NCBI GenBank assembly: GCA_025839675.1
Contig: CP104013.1
Coordinates: forward strand, 3,660,001 to 3,692,000
DNA: 32,000 bases
DNA from: Candidatus Lokiarchaeum ossiferum
GTDB taxonomy: Archaea; Asgardarchaeota; Lokiarchaeia; Sigyniarchaeales; Promethearchaeaceae
Direction of reading: 5' to 3'
Shown here: piece after piece, positions 1-9,700 of the stretch
How the letters are laid out: each line of letters opens with the position of its first letter
How positions within the stretch are numbered: position 1 is the first letter of the stretch
The notes under the pieces: generated by a model
Database searches by the model: none
What the model was told of the DNA's origin: nothing
What the model saw: only the letters and a program-made list of their open reading frames with translations
Translations under genes and position numbers: made by a program

Positions 1-1
1 A

Positions 2-667
2 GGTACTGCAATATCCGAGGAAGAAATTTCTCAAATTCTCCAATTTACTCAAAAGAGAAATATTTTGGTGTTGATTGATGAAGCTTATTATCAGTTTTAT
101 GGTAAATCGGCTATAAAATATTTGAATGAGTTTAAAAATCTAATAATATTGCAGACTTTTTCTAAAGCATTTGGATTAGCAGGTATTCGATTAGGATATA
201 TAATCTCCAATCCATCCACAATCCAAACCTTACAAAAAGTACTATCTCCCTATAGTGTAAATAAATTAGCAATAGTTGCTGGTTCTGCAGCATTATCCGA
301 TTTAGAATACATATCTGCATATACTAGGGAAATTCGTAAGAATCGACTATTTTTAGCTTTAGAAATTCAAAAACTTGGATTTAGTACTTTTCCATCTCAA
401 GCTAATTTCATAGTGGTGAATTTCAAAGAGAAATGTGAGTTTTTATGTAATCAGTTAAAAATGGGTGGAATATTGACCCGAAATCGATCTAAATATCCTT
501 TATTACAAAATTGCTTGCGAATCACTATTGGAACCAAGTACCAATGTGAGTTTTTACTAAAAGAAATTAAATTTCTCTTAGATCAATGGGATTTTTTTAC
601 AAAAAAAGGGTATTCCATCCCTGATAATTTAATTAAAATACGAAATCAAAATGGTGCATGGAGATAA
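2..667 (+). CDS. hisC: histidinol-phosphate aminotransferase, C-terminal part (5' end lies outside the window)
   Basis: The frame is open from the window edge (GTAISEEEISQILQFTQKRNILVLIDEAY...). TFSKAFGLAGIRLGY matches the HisC/class-II aminotransferase PLP-lysine motif. It is the first gene of the his cluster. Confidence 0.85.
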   Translation, partial: GTAISEEEISQILQFTQKRNILVLIDEAYYQFYGKSAIKYLNEFKNLIILQTFSKAFGLAGIRLGYIISNPSTIQTLQKVLSPYSVNKLAIVAGSAALSDLEYISAYTREIRKNRLFLALEIQKLGFSTFPSQANFIVVNFKEKCEFLCNQLKMGGILTRNRSKYPLLQNCLRITIGTKYQCEFLLKEIKFLLDQWDFFTKKGYSIPDNLIKIRNQNGAWR

Positions 668-1260
668 ATAAAATGAGAACAACCAAATTAACACGAAATA
701 CAAATGAAACTCAAATTGACATATCCATTAATTTGGATGGAACCGGAATTTATGATGTCAAAACACCAATAGGATTTTTAACTCACATGTTAGAATCTTT
801 TGCAAAACATGGCCTATTTGACTTAGAATTAAATTCTATGGGGGATTTGGAAGTCGATCAACACCACCTAGTGGAGGATGTTGGAATTGCTTTAGGGGAA
901 GCTTTCGATCAAGTTTTAGGGGATAAAAAAGGGATCAATCGAAATGGATTCTGTATTTATCCTATGGATGATTCTCTTGTCACTGTAGCTTTAGATCTCG
1001 GAGGAAGGCCTTATTTCTCTTTTTTGGGAGAATTCCGACGAAGATACTGCGGAGAGTTGGATCTTGATTTACTTGAGGATTTCTTTAGAGGTTTTTCGAG
1101 TGCATTGAAAATAAATTTGTTTATTGAGATAAATCAAGGTACAAATGATCATCACAAAGTAGAGGCGATTTTCAAAGCCCTTGCCAAAAGTTTGATGCAA
1201 GCATGCAGTATTAATTCTCGTATCAAAAATATTATTCCGAGTACAAAAGGTGTGATCTAA
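658..1260 (+). CDS. hisB: imidazoleglycerol-phosphate dehydratase (monofunctional, no phosphatase domain)
   Basis: RNTNETQIDISINLDGTG, GFLTHMLESFAKHG and DQHHLVEDVGIALG are IGPD signatures. The true start may be the in-frame ATG at 673, which has GGAG 10 nt upstream. Confidence 0.9.
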   Translation: MEINKMRTTKLTRNTNETQIDISINLDGTGIYDVKTPIGFLTHMLESFAKHGLFDLELNSMGDLEVDQHHLVEDVGIALGEAFDQVLGDKKGINRNGFCIYPMDDSLVTVALDLGGRPYFSFLGEFRRRYCGELDLDLLEDFFRGFSSALKINLFIEINQGTNDHHKVEAIFKALAKSLMQACSINSRIKNIIPSTKGVI

Positions 1261-1851
1261 ATGGATGATAACATTGCAATAATTGATATTGGGAGTGGAA
1301 ATCTCCAAAGTGTTCAAAAAGTCCTCAAATACTTAGGAAAAGATTCAGAAATTATCGTTAATCCAGAGAAAATATCCAAGTTTGACAAAGTGATTTTACC
1401 TGGCGTAGGAAATTTTGGAAAAGTGATGGAGGGTATAAGATCAAGAGGATTTGAGACGCCAATCAAAGAAATTATCAATCAAAATACAAAATTCCTTGGG
1501 ATTTGTGTAGGGATGCAAGTTTTGTTTGAAAGTAGTGATGAGAGTCCGGGATGTCCAGGGCTATGTTCATTCAAAGGAAAAGTCCTCAAATTTCAAAAGG
1601 GAAAAATTCCCCAAATTGGATGGAACCTCCTTGAACCACGCGAATCTAAAATAATTTCTAAAGGGTATGTGTATTATGTCAATTCTTATTATGTTCAGCC
1701 TGAAAATGAATCCTTAATCTCTGCAACATCAGATTATTATGGAGAATTTACTGGTGCTATTCAATTCAAAAACCTCACGGCAGTACAATTCCACCCAGAA
1801 AAAAGTGGGGAATATGGTATTGAATTTTATCGGAGATGGTTATCGTGCTAA
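1261..1851 (+). CDS. hisH: imidazole glycerol phosphate synthase, glutamine amidotransferase subunit
   Basis: 196 aa class-I GATase. It has GICVGMQ (nucleophile Cys) and a C-terminal FHPEKS motif. Its ATG directly abuts the hisB stop, and AGGTG lies upstream. Confidence 0.9.
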   Translation: MDDNIAIIDIGSGNLQSVQKVLKYLGKDSEIIVNPEKISKFDKVILPGVGNFGKVMEGIRSRGFETPIKEIINQNTKFLGICVGMQVLFESSDESPGCPGLCSFKGKVLKFQKGKIPQIGWNLLEPRESKIISKGYVYYVNSYYVQPENESLISATSDYYGEFTGAIQFKNLTAVQFHPEKSGEYGIEFYRRWLSC

Positions 1852-2609
1852 CTAAACGCATTATTCCTTGCCTTGATATTAAGGACGGCAGAGTAGTCAA
1901 AGGAATCAATTTTGAAAACTTCAACGATGCAGGAAATCCTGTAGAACTCGCAAAGTACTATAATAATCAAGGTGCGGATGAGTTATCAATCTTGGATATC
2001 ACTGCTTCATATGAAAAACGAGATATCATATATGATATTGTTGAGAAGGTAGCCAATGAAGTTTTTATTCCTTTATCTGTGGGGGGCGGTATTAAGTCAT
2101 TAGACGAAATACGAAAACTTCTCTCTCTTGGGGCCGAAAAAGTCAGTCTTGGCAGTAGTGCTGTTCAAGATCCTAGTTTAATCAAGAAAGCTTCCGAAGA
2201 ATTTGGAACGCAAGCGATAGTTACTTCCCTCGATGTGAAAAAAAATCATTTCATGAAAAATGGGTGGGAAGTCTATATCCACGGAGGTAGAACTGCTACC
2301 GGGTTGGATGCTCTGAATTTTGCCCAGCGAATGGAGAGATTTGGAACAGGAGAAATTTTATTGAATTCCATAGATAGTGATGGTACGCAACAAGGGTTTG
2401 ATTTAACTCTAAATCGATTATTTAGTGAAACTTTAAATATTCCGATTATTGCATCTGGTGGGGCTGGATCTGTTGAGGATATCTACAATGTTTTCACAGC
2501 CGGTAAGGCAGATGCGGCCTTAGCTGCCAGTATTTTTCACTACCACAAAATTACAATCAAAGAGGTTAAAACTTTTTTAAAAGAAAAAAACATCGAGGTC
2601 CGAATATAA
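1836..2609 (+). CDS. hisF: imidazole glycerol phosphate synthase, cyclase subunit
   Basis: KRIIPCLDIKDGRVVKG, GADELSILDITAS and IIASGGAG are HisF TIM-barrel motifs. An alternative GTG start at 1845 gives MLTKRIIPCLD with GGAG upstream. The gene overlaps the hisH stop. Confidence 0.92.
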   Translation: MVIVLTKRIIPCLDIKDGRVVKGINFENFNDAGNPVELAKYYNNQGADELSILDITASYEKRDIIYDIVEKVANEVFIPLSVGGGIKSLDEIRKLLSLGAEKVSLGSSAVQDPSLIKKASEEFGTQAIVTSLDVKKNHFMKNGWEVYIHGGRTATGLDALNFAQRMERFGTGEILLNSIDSDGTQQGFDLTLNRLFSETLNIPIIASGGAGSVEDIYNVFTAGKADAALAASIFHYHKITIKEVKTFLKEKNIEVRI

Positions 2610-3832
2610 TGATAATCCCAAGCATAGATTTAATGAATGGAAAAGCAGTGCAGTTACAACAAGGAAAAAAACTGATCTTAGAAAGAGAAGACATTTTTGA
2701 ATTAGCTAATGAATTTAAAAAGTATGGTGAAATCGCAGTTATTGACTTAGATGCTGCCCTAGGTAAAGGAGATAATATAGATATTATCAAAAAACTTTGT
2801 TCGATTGCACCTTGCCGTGTGGGTGGTGGAATCCGATCTTTGGAAAGAGCTAATGAATTATTACAGGCTGGAGCTCAAAAAATCATCATTGGGACGGCTG
2901 CGACTCCTGAATTTCTACAAAAGTTGCCAAAGGATCGTTTAATTGTTGCAATTGATACTAAAGGGGATAAGGTGGTGAACCGAGGATGGCAAAATAAAAC
3001 CAATATCACCCCTCAAGCAATGATTGCTCTTGTTGACTCTTTTTGTTCTGAATATTTATTTACGAATGTTGATGTCGAAGGAATGATGCAAGGTCTCGAG
3101 TTTAAGATTGTAGATGAACTTCAACAACTCACAAAAAATCCCATGACCGTTGCAGGTGGAACAACAACAATCTCCGATATAAAAGATCTTGAAAAAAGGA
3201 ACTTGAATTCACAAATTGGAATGGCAATCTATACAGGAGCTATAGAATTATCAGAAGCTTTTGTTGAAATGATTGATTTCGATAAAGGTGCTGGATTAGT
3301 ACCCACTATTGTCGAAGATGATAAAGGCCAAATTCTAATGCTGGCTTATTCTAATCGCCAATCGTTGTTGCAAACGTTTAAAACGGGTTTAGGCACCTAT
3401 TTTAGCAGATCTCGAAAGGAAATATGGATCAAAGGAAAAACTTCTTCCAATATGCAAACTTTCATCACTGCCCGATACGATTGTGATCGAGATACTTTGT
3501 TGTTTCGAGTAAAGCAGGAAAACCGAGCTTGTCATTTGGAGCAATATAGTTGTTTTGGAGATCAACGTTTTTCGTTGTCAAATCTTTATGAAGTGATCAC
3601 TGATCGTATTGATAATCCTTCGCCACAATCCTATACCTCAAAAATTGTTCAACAAGAATCCTTAATTATGGCAAAAATTCAAGAGGAATCTGCAGAAGTT
3701 GTGAATTATGTTGATAGAGATAATTTAGTGTGGGAAATTTCTGATTTGACTTATTTTCTGATGGTTTTAATGGCAAAAAAAGGGATAACTCCTGCAGAAA
3801 TTAGAAATGAACTATGGAGGCGACGACGATAA
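2609..3832 (+). CDS. hisA-hisIE: fused ProFAR isomerase / PR-AMP cyclohydrolase / PR-ATP pyrophosphatase (HisA-HisI-HisE)
   Basis: The N-terminal ~228 aa are HisA-like (MIIPSIDLMNGKAVQLQQG, GGGIRS). The middle is HisI-like (GLVPTIVEDDKGQILMLAYSN...YFSRSRKEIWIKGKTSSN...DCDRDTLLF...ACHLEQYSCFG). The C-terminus is HisE-like (SYTSKI...EESAEV...EISDLTYFLMVLMAKKGI). The ATG overlaps the hisF TAA (TAATG). Confidence 0.85.
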   Translation: MIIPSIDLMNGKAVQLQQGKKLILEREDIFELANEFKKYGEIAVIDLDAALGKGDNIDIIKKLCSIAPCRVGGGIRSLERANELLQAGAQKIIIGTAATPEFLQKLPKDRLIVAIDTKGDKVVNRGWQNKTNITPQAMIALVDSFCSEYLFTNVDVEGMMQGLEFKIVDELQQLTKNPMTVAGGTTTISDIKDLEKRNLNSQIGMAIYTGAIELSEAFVEMIDFDKGAGLVPTIVEDDKGQILMLAYSNRQSLLQTFKTGLGTYFSRSRKEIWIKGKTSSNMQTFITARYDCDRDTLLFRVKQENRACHLEQYSCFGDQRFSLSNLYEVITDRIDNPSPQSYTSKIVQQESLIMAKIQEESAEVVNYVDRDNLVWEISDLTYFLMVLMAKKGITPAEIRNELWRRRR

Positions 3833-4827
3833 TGCAAATACCCTCAAATAAAATTCGATTTGCTTTACCTTCTAAAGGAAGAATGGGCAAATCTACTCTT
3901 GAATTTCTTGAAAAATGTGGGTTGCGAATCCACCGAAAAAATAGGGATTATATTGGTTCTATTGCGATGTTTCCTGATGTTCAAATTGTGTTTCAAAATC
4001 AATCGGATATTATCAGAGGTATTGAGGGTGGTTCTCTTAATTTTGGTATCGTTGGATTTGATCTGGTGAGTGAATTGATGAATTCATATAGCTCCGAAAC
4101 GGTTATTATTCATGAAAATCTTGAATTTGGGCGATGCAATCTTGAACTTGCTATTCCAGAAGAATGGAGCGCGCAATCACTTGAAGAAGTTTTCGTTTCA
4201 AATAAAAAAATTCGTATAGCAACTAAATTTCCCCGGTGTACCGAGCGGTTTTTAGAAAATTATAGAACACAATTTGAAATTATTGAAGGTAAAGGAGCTC
4301 TTGAAGTGTATCCTGCCCTAAATTATTGTGATATTATTGTTGATTTAGTATCTTCTGGTGAAACTTTGCAAGCCAATCGATTGAAACAAATACAAAATGG
4401 TTGTATTTTGTCTTCACAAGCCGTGTTCATTGGAAATCGCTTCAGCCTGGAACAACCAGAAGTGTTGGAAATTGCACGTCAATTATTAGAATATTTTGAA
4501 GCTTATTTACGGGGAAAAAAATATGTACAGATATTTGCTAACATGAAAGAGGCCGATCCACGGGAACTTACGCGAAAATTATTTGCTCTCCCCGAATTAA
4601 GTGGATTGCAAGGACCAACAATTTCTCCTGTTTATACTCCTTCAGGACAAACATGGAATGCTATTCACATCATTGTGCCTAAAAATCAACTACAAAAAGT
4701 GATCCGTGCTTTGAGATCAATTGGTGGGAGTGGTGTAATTGTTTCTCCAACCCTCTATATTTTCGAAGAAGAACCATTATGTTATCGACAATTGCTCCTA
4801 ACTATCAATGGAAAGGGTGTTAATTAA
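3832..4827 (+). CDS. hisG: ATP phosphoribosyltransferase, long form with C-terminal regulatory domain
   Basis: IRFALPSKGRM...DIIRGIEGGSLNFGIVGFD, DLVSSGETL, and a C-terminal GPTISPV...AIHIIV regulatory domain. The ORF track starts at 3814, but ATG 3832 has GGAGG 11 nt upstream and overlaps the previous stop by 1 nt. Confidence 0.85.
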   Translation: MQIPSNKIRFALPSKGRMGKSTLEFLEKCGLRIHRKNRDYIGSIAMFPDVQIVFQNQSDIIRGIEGGSLNFGIVGFDLVSELMNSYSSETVIIHENLEFGRCNLELAIPEEWSAQSLEEVFVSNKKIRIATKFPRCTERFLENYRTQFEIIEGKGALEVYPALNYCDIIVDLVSSGETLQANRLKQIQNGCILSSQAVFIGNRFSLEQPEVLEIARQLLEYFEAYLRGKKYVQIFANMKEADPRELTRKLFALPELSGLQGPTISPVYTPSGQTWNAIHIIVPKNQLQKVIRALRSIGGSGVIVSPTLYIFEEEPLCYRQLLLTINGKGVN

Positions 4828-6090
4828 ATGGAAATATGCCGAAATTTAGAGGATCTAGATCACTATATTCAGAAGAATCAATTATCTGAAATTGATTCAG
4901 TGAAAAATATTGTATCAAAGGTGAAACGAGAAGGAGATGCTGCAGTGAAATATTTCACTTCTCTCTTTGATCAGAAGACTATGGATCAATTTGAAGTTGA
5001 AAAGATAAAGATTGAAGAAGCATATTTAAAAGCCGATAAATCGACTATTTCTGCAATAAAGAAAGCAGCGAAACGAATTGAAATATTTGCAACTAAACAA
5101 ATGGGTTGTTTTCAGGATTTTTCCTATGAAGATGATGTTTCAGAGCTAGGCCAAAAAATAGTTCCTTTGGATTCAGTTGGATGCTATATTCCTGGAGGTC
5201 GGTACCCTTTATTCTCTACTGTTTTAATGACTGTAATTCCCGCAAAAGTTGCAGGTGTTAAAAACATAATTGTTTGTTCTCCAAACATTCACCCTCTAAC
5301 ATTAATTGCTGCAGATATTGCAGGAGCATCACAAATTTTTCAAGTTGGTGGTGCTCAAGCAATAAGTGCGATGGCTTATGGAACAGAAAGTATTCCAAAA
5401 GTATGTAAAATAGTTGGACCTGGTAATCAATATGTTTCTTATGCTAAAAAATTAGTTTATGGAGAAGTAGGAATTGATTTTATCGCAGGACCAAGTGAAG
5501 TATTAGTCATTGCAGATGAAACCGGGAATTCTTCCTACATTGCAGCCGATTTACTTGCTCAAGCCGAGCATGATCCGTTAGCAATACCTATTTTGCTAAC
5601 TACATCAGAGAATATAGCGCAAGCTGTGAATAAAGAAATCAATTATCAACTCAATGAATTAAAAACCAAAGCCGTTGCAGATGTTGCTCTTTTAAATGGA
5701 AAAATTTTTCTCGTAGATTCGATAACAACTGCAGTCACAATATCCAATCGTATCGCTCCAGAACATTTAGAGCTTCAAGTCCACGACATTGATAAGATTG
5801 TGCCACTGTTGACAAATTATGGCTCTTTATTCATTGGAAATAATTCTGCTGAAGTGTTTGGAGATTATTGCTCTGGGACAAATCACGTTCTTCCAACGAA
5901 TGGCGCTGCCAGATATTCTGGAGGTTTGTCAGTAAAGGATTTCCTAAAAATTCTTACTTATCAAAAAATGAAGGAGAACATTTCTACGGATTTTATCGAA
6001 ATTGCTACGAATATGGCTAAACAAGAAGGATTGGATGCGCATCATAATGCTGCATTTTTGCGACAAAAACATAATCAGAATCTTAAATAA
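4828..6090 (+). CDS. hisD: histidinol dehydrogenase
   Basis: 420 aa with IPGGRYPLFSTVLM, VGPGNQYV, AGPSEVLVIAD, QAEHDP and CSGTNHVLPT motifs of HisD. The ATG directly abuts the hisG stop. Confidence 0.92.
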   Translation: MEICRNLEDLDHYIQKNQLSEIDSVKNIVSKVKREGDAAVKYFTSLFDQKTMDQFEVEKIKIEEAYLKADKSTISAIKKAAKRIEIFATKQMGCFQDFSYEDDVSELGQKIVPLDSVGCYIPGGRYPLFSTVLMTVIPAKVAGVKNIIVCSPNIHPLTLIAADIAGASQIFQVGGAQAISAMAYGTESIPKVCKIVGPGNQYVSYAKKLVYGEVGIDFIAGPSEVLVIADETGNSSYIAADLLAQAEHDPLAIPILLTTSENIAQAVNKEINYQLNELKTKAVADVALLNGKIFLVDSITTAVTISNRIAPEHLELQVHDIDKIVPLLTNYGSLFIGNNSAEVFGDYCSGTNHVLPTNGAARYSGGLSVKDFLKILTYQKMKENISTDFIEIATNMAKQEGLDAHHNAAFLRQKHNQNLK

Positions 6091-6098
6091 ATTAGCAA

Positions 6099-6120
6099 TT
6101 TTTTTTAGGTTCCATTTTTT
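6099..6120 (+). terminator. oligo-T tracts after hisD (T8 at 6099-6106, T6 at 6115-6120)
   Basis: Two T-runs lie within 30 nt after the hisD TAA. Oligo-dT is the archaeal intrinsic termination signal. Only 39 nt separate hisD from the next ORF, so read-through is possible. Confidence 0.3.
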
Positions 6121-6129
6121 CCTAAATAT

Positions 6130-6621
6130 ATGAAAATAATACCTTATGAATCTAGTTTGGAATCACAGATTGTAAAACTAATGGCCGATTTCCGTGTTAC
6201 TCTGTCATCCTTCAAAAATGTTAAACGAAATCCAAATCTCATTATTGCCAAAGAGGAATTATGTGAGTATCTTTCTAATAATTTTCCAATTTTTATTGCA
6301 ATTGATAATCAAGGTATACTACATGGGTACATCGTCTGTCGTATTCAAGATCAGGTTGTGTGGGCTGAATCAATTTATGTTAAACATAATTCTCGTAAAC
6401 AAGGTATTGCATCTAAGCTCTATTTAGAAGCAGAAAAAATAGCTGTTTCGTTAAATTCTGATACTGTTTATAATTGGGTGCATCCAAACAATACCAAAAT
6501 CATCCCATTTCTAAAATCCCGAGGATATAATGTCTTAAATTTAATCGAGCTCCGGAAACCACATTTAGGTGAAAATCTATCTATGCATATCTCAATTTTA
6601 GATAATGTATTTGATTACTGA
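6130..6621 (+). CDS. GNAT-family N-acetyltransferase
   Basis: 163 aa. VKHNSRKQGIASKLYLEAEKIA fits the GNAT acetyl-CoA motif A (R/Q-x-x-G-x-A/G). Substrate unknown. Confidence 0.7.
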   Translation: MKIIPYESSLESQIVKLMADFRVTLSSFKNVKRNPNLIIAKEELCEYLSNNFPIFIAIDNQGILHGYIVCRIQDQVVWAESIYVKHNSRKQGIASKLYLEAEKIAVSLNSDTVYNWVHPNNTKIIPFLKSRGYNVLNLIELRKPHLGENLSMHISILDNVFDY

Positions 6622-6734
6622 ACAATCCATTAAATAAATGAACTACTTAGTTTTTCTCAATGTTCAATTGATTTTACTTATTTGCGGAGAATTTTGCTAC
6701 ATGATTCAATATGCGGAGATATTTTCCATACCAA

Positions 6735-6770
6735 TTTATAAAGAATCCGACGAAGAATTATTTATAAAAA
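6735..6770 (+). promoter_or_regulatory. two TATA-like boxes (tttataaa at 6735-6742 and 6761-6768) upstream of the giant ORF
   Basis: The boxes lie in an imperfect inverted arrangement (tttataaagaat / attatttataaa) around ccgacgaaga. Their spacing would place a transcription start either ~15 nt before ATG 6778 or at the second in-frame ATG (6787, leaderless). Confidence 0.3.
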
Positions 6771-6777
6771 AATCCAA

Positions 6778-9700
6778 ATGAGAAAAATGCAAAGTCAAGA
6801 AAAACCTAATAATGAGCAACCTCAGCAATTTGTAAAATGGACTAATATTATTACAGAGCTCGCATTTCTTTTACTATTCCTACTTGCACTTCCAGGTGTC
6901 GCAGGTCTTGTTTGTTCTGGTATCTCCTTTCTTTTTATTTCAGGAAATGAACTTTTTTTTGCGGGAGAAATAAATCTTGGCATGTTTATTTTAGGATTTT
7001 TAGTCAGTTTACCCATCTTCTTCTATTTGTATCTTAAAACTCGAAGAAAAAAGATATACAGTTTCATAACTCCCATGGTTTTCCGGAAAAAACTATCCTT
7101 AAGTTTAATAATACTCTATTTCCCTGCGATATTTGCTTCTACAGTGTTTTCGATTCTTGGGACTACCTTAGGCTATGATCTTTATCTAACTACATTTCAA
7201 ATTGCCATATTTACCATCTTTCCGTTAATTTCAATATTTTTCCAAAAATTCTTTCTCCTTCGTGTTCGAGTTACTGATTCATTGAAGGAAAATCTTACCG
7301 TTCCAATTAATTCAAAATTTATTACCGAATTAAAAAATGGGCAAATATTTCTTCTTTTCTTGAAATCTGCAGTTATAAATATTGCTGTCAATCTATTATT
7401 GCTCATTCTTGGTGGTTTGTATTCAACCGTTCTTTCAATAAATCTAACCTTTAGTATTCTTTCCTTAATTGCTGTTCAAGTTATTGCAGTTAAATTTAAC
7501 GAAGCCAAAGCTTTAGGTTTAGGAATTTTGGTGAAATTGTTATCAACTTTATTAATTCTTGCTAGTTTTATCTCCTTATCTGTCTTAGTTTACTCTGAAA
7601 CTATACCTATTGCCTTATATGTGACATTGGTTTTACTATTGACCATAAAACTTGCGCTACTCAATTTCAAATTCTCTATTCAGAAATTCCTTAATCAGAT
7701 CAGCTATACTAAAAATCTCACTTGGTTAGTGGTTCTTAATACATGTTCGTCTATTATTATCAATCTGGGTATCATTATTACTTCCTACGTTTTAATTGAT
7801 AACCCTTTTATCCAATTAGTCATTCAGATTGGATTGATCATTGAAAATCTATTTGAAAGTAAAATGGGGTTGATTCATCAAAAAATCTCACCTCTATTTT
7901 TAGTTGCGCAATTGCTTCTTGCTAATATTCATCTGTCATTTTTTATTGTAATGGACCTTTCTGAAATATTCTGGGCTGGACTTCTCACTTTTACTGCACT
8001 AGGGATTGGTATTCTTGAACTCCTAAAATATCAGAATTTTCTTTCCCAAAAACAAACTTATATTTTGCGCAATTGTATATATATTGCAATCTTATTAGAA
8101 TTAGCATTATTATTTTCAACATTGGCTGTAGCTAATGATTTAAACATCAACAACGTACCCTTTTTAACGTATCTCTTTTTTATATCTGTGTCAACTCTTA
8201 TTTCTTCTTTTCTTCTTAATAAAATCTATTTTGCAGACAAACCCTCCAATATCTTTACTGGTTTCTTGTATTGTAATCTTGCAATTATCTTATTTTGCTT
8301 TTTTGTCATGATTCAGAATATTATTCTCCCATTTTCAACAGATTTCGTATCTGGAGGTAAGAGATTTTCCAGAATATTCTTATTCTTTTCACCAAGTGGT
8401 GTTTTATCTAACATTGAAGAAGTTCTTTTAAGTATTTTTGATGGTATTGGAAGTTTATCTAATGACCAGAGTATTTTGTTTAAATCTAGTGAAGGGATGG
8501 TTAGTTTATTTAATGTATCTCTTTCCTCTCTTCTTTCTGTCGGATTGAATCTCGTTATTTTCAAATTTTTGAACGGTTGGAAACTAATTTCCAACGAATT
8601 ATATAAAAAACTTCAAATTATTCTTCAAATATTATCTATTGTTGCAATTTCCAATCTTATTGTTCTTATTACATTAGATCTAACGGGATTCGTTTTTTCC
8701 CTGATCGTGACCAATGTCTTAGTTAAATTATCGATATATTACCTTTACAAATCACACACGATCATTAAATATCCTTCTGTTTATCATGATCTTCAAAATA
8801 ATTTCTCTTGTGTGATTTTAGGGCAAGTTATTCTTTGGTTTGGATTCTTATTAGGAGAATCTTTCAACGTTCCTTTTCTCTATATCATGGTTGCATGTAT
8901 TATCTTGTTTCTGCTTGCCCAAAACAATATTCACCTTATAATAAAAAAATATGAATCGATAAAATCTCCCTATCATATTCTAAAAGTAAGCAACGCAATT
9001 TTATTTGGAATGCTCGCTTTGCTTGTTATTTTGATTCCAGTGATTGAGTTAAATTACATATTTGAAGATACGGGTATTTTTGTTCTATTTTTTTCCGGTA
9101 TTATATCTTATGTAAGTTTACGCTTTCTCTATAAAACAGGACAAAACCTACATCAAGGATTAGTAATTCCAAACAAGTTATGGAAAAGAATTCAATATAT
9201 ACTCTTCAACTTCAGACTTCTCTCATTATTCGCATCTCTTATTAGTTTCATTCTTGTCTCTGGTATTTTTGATTTTCTTTATGGGCTTTTTAGAAATGCT
9301 GAGAATGTGATTCCTGAGATTAAATTTGCTATATTCTTCATCTCACTTTCCTTGTTTATATTTTCCCTTAGATTGAAGCCTCTCCTAAATCGATCGAACG
9401 AAATTGAAGATAATCTTCTTAGTAAAATTACCATCTTGCAAGTTATTATGGTGCAGCAAATGAGTGTGCTTGGAATTCTTTTCATTTTTCTTCCAGTTTC
9501 ATCATTCAAACTTACGATAACTGCATTTCTAATAATCTTGCTTCTCTACTCCTTCATGTTTTCAATTAATCAGTACTTGAAACATTTTAATCGTTTTTGC
9601 AAATTTTTAGAGTCCATCAATTTCGTAATCTATAATTTTAATGGACTTTTATTCTCTTTCTTCTTATTTTCCATAATAACAATAGATTTATCCCAAAATT

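Noticed and set aside
1069-6427. Short overlapping ORFs within the his/GNAT genes (1069..1317 -, 2566..2790 -, 3860..4069 +, 6194..6427 +).
   Set aside because: They are nested inside genes with strong family signatures, either out of frame or antisense. No motifs were recognised.
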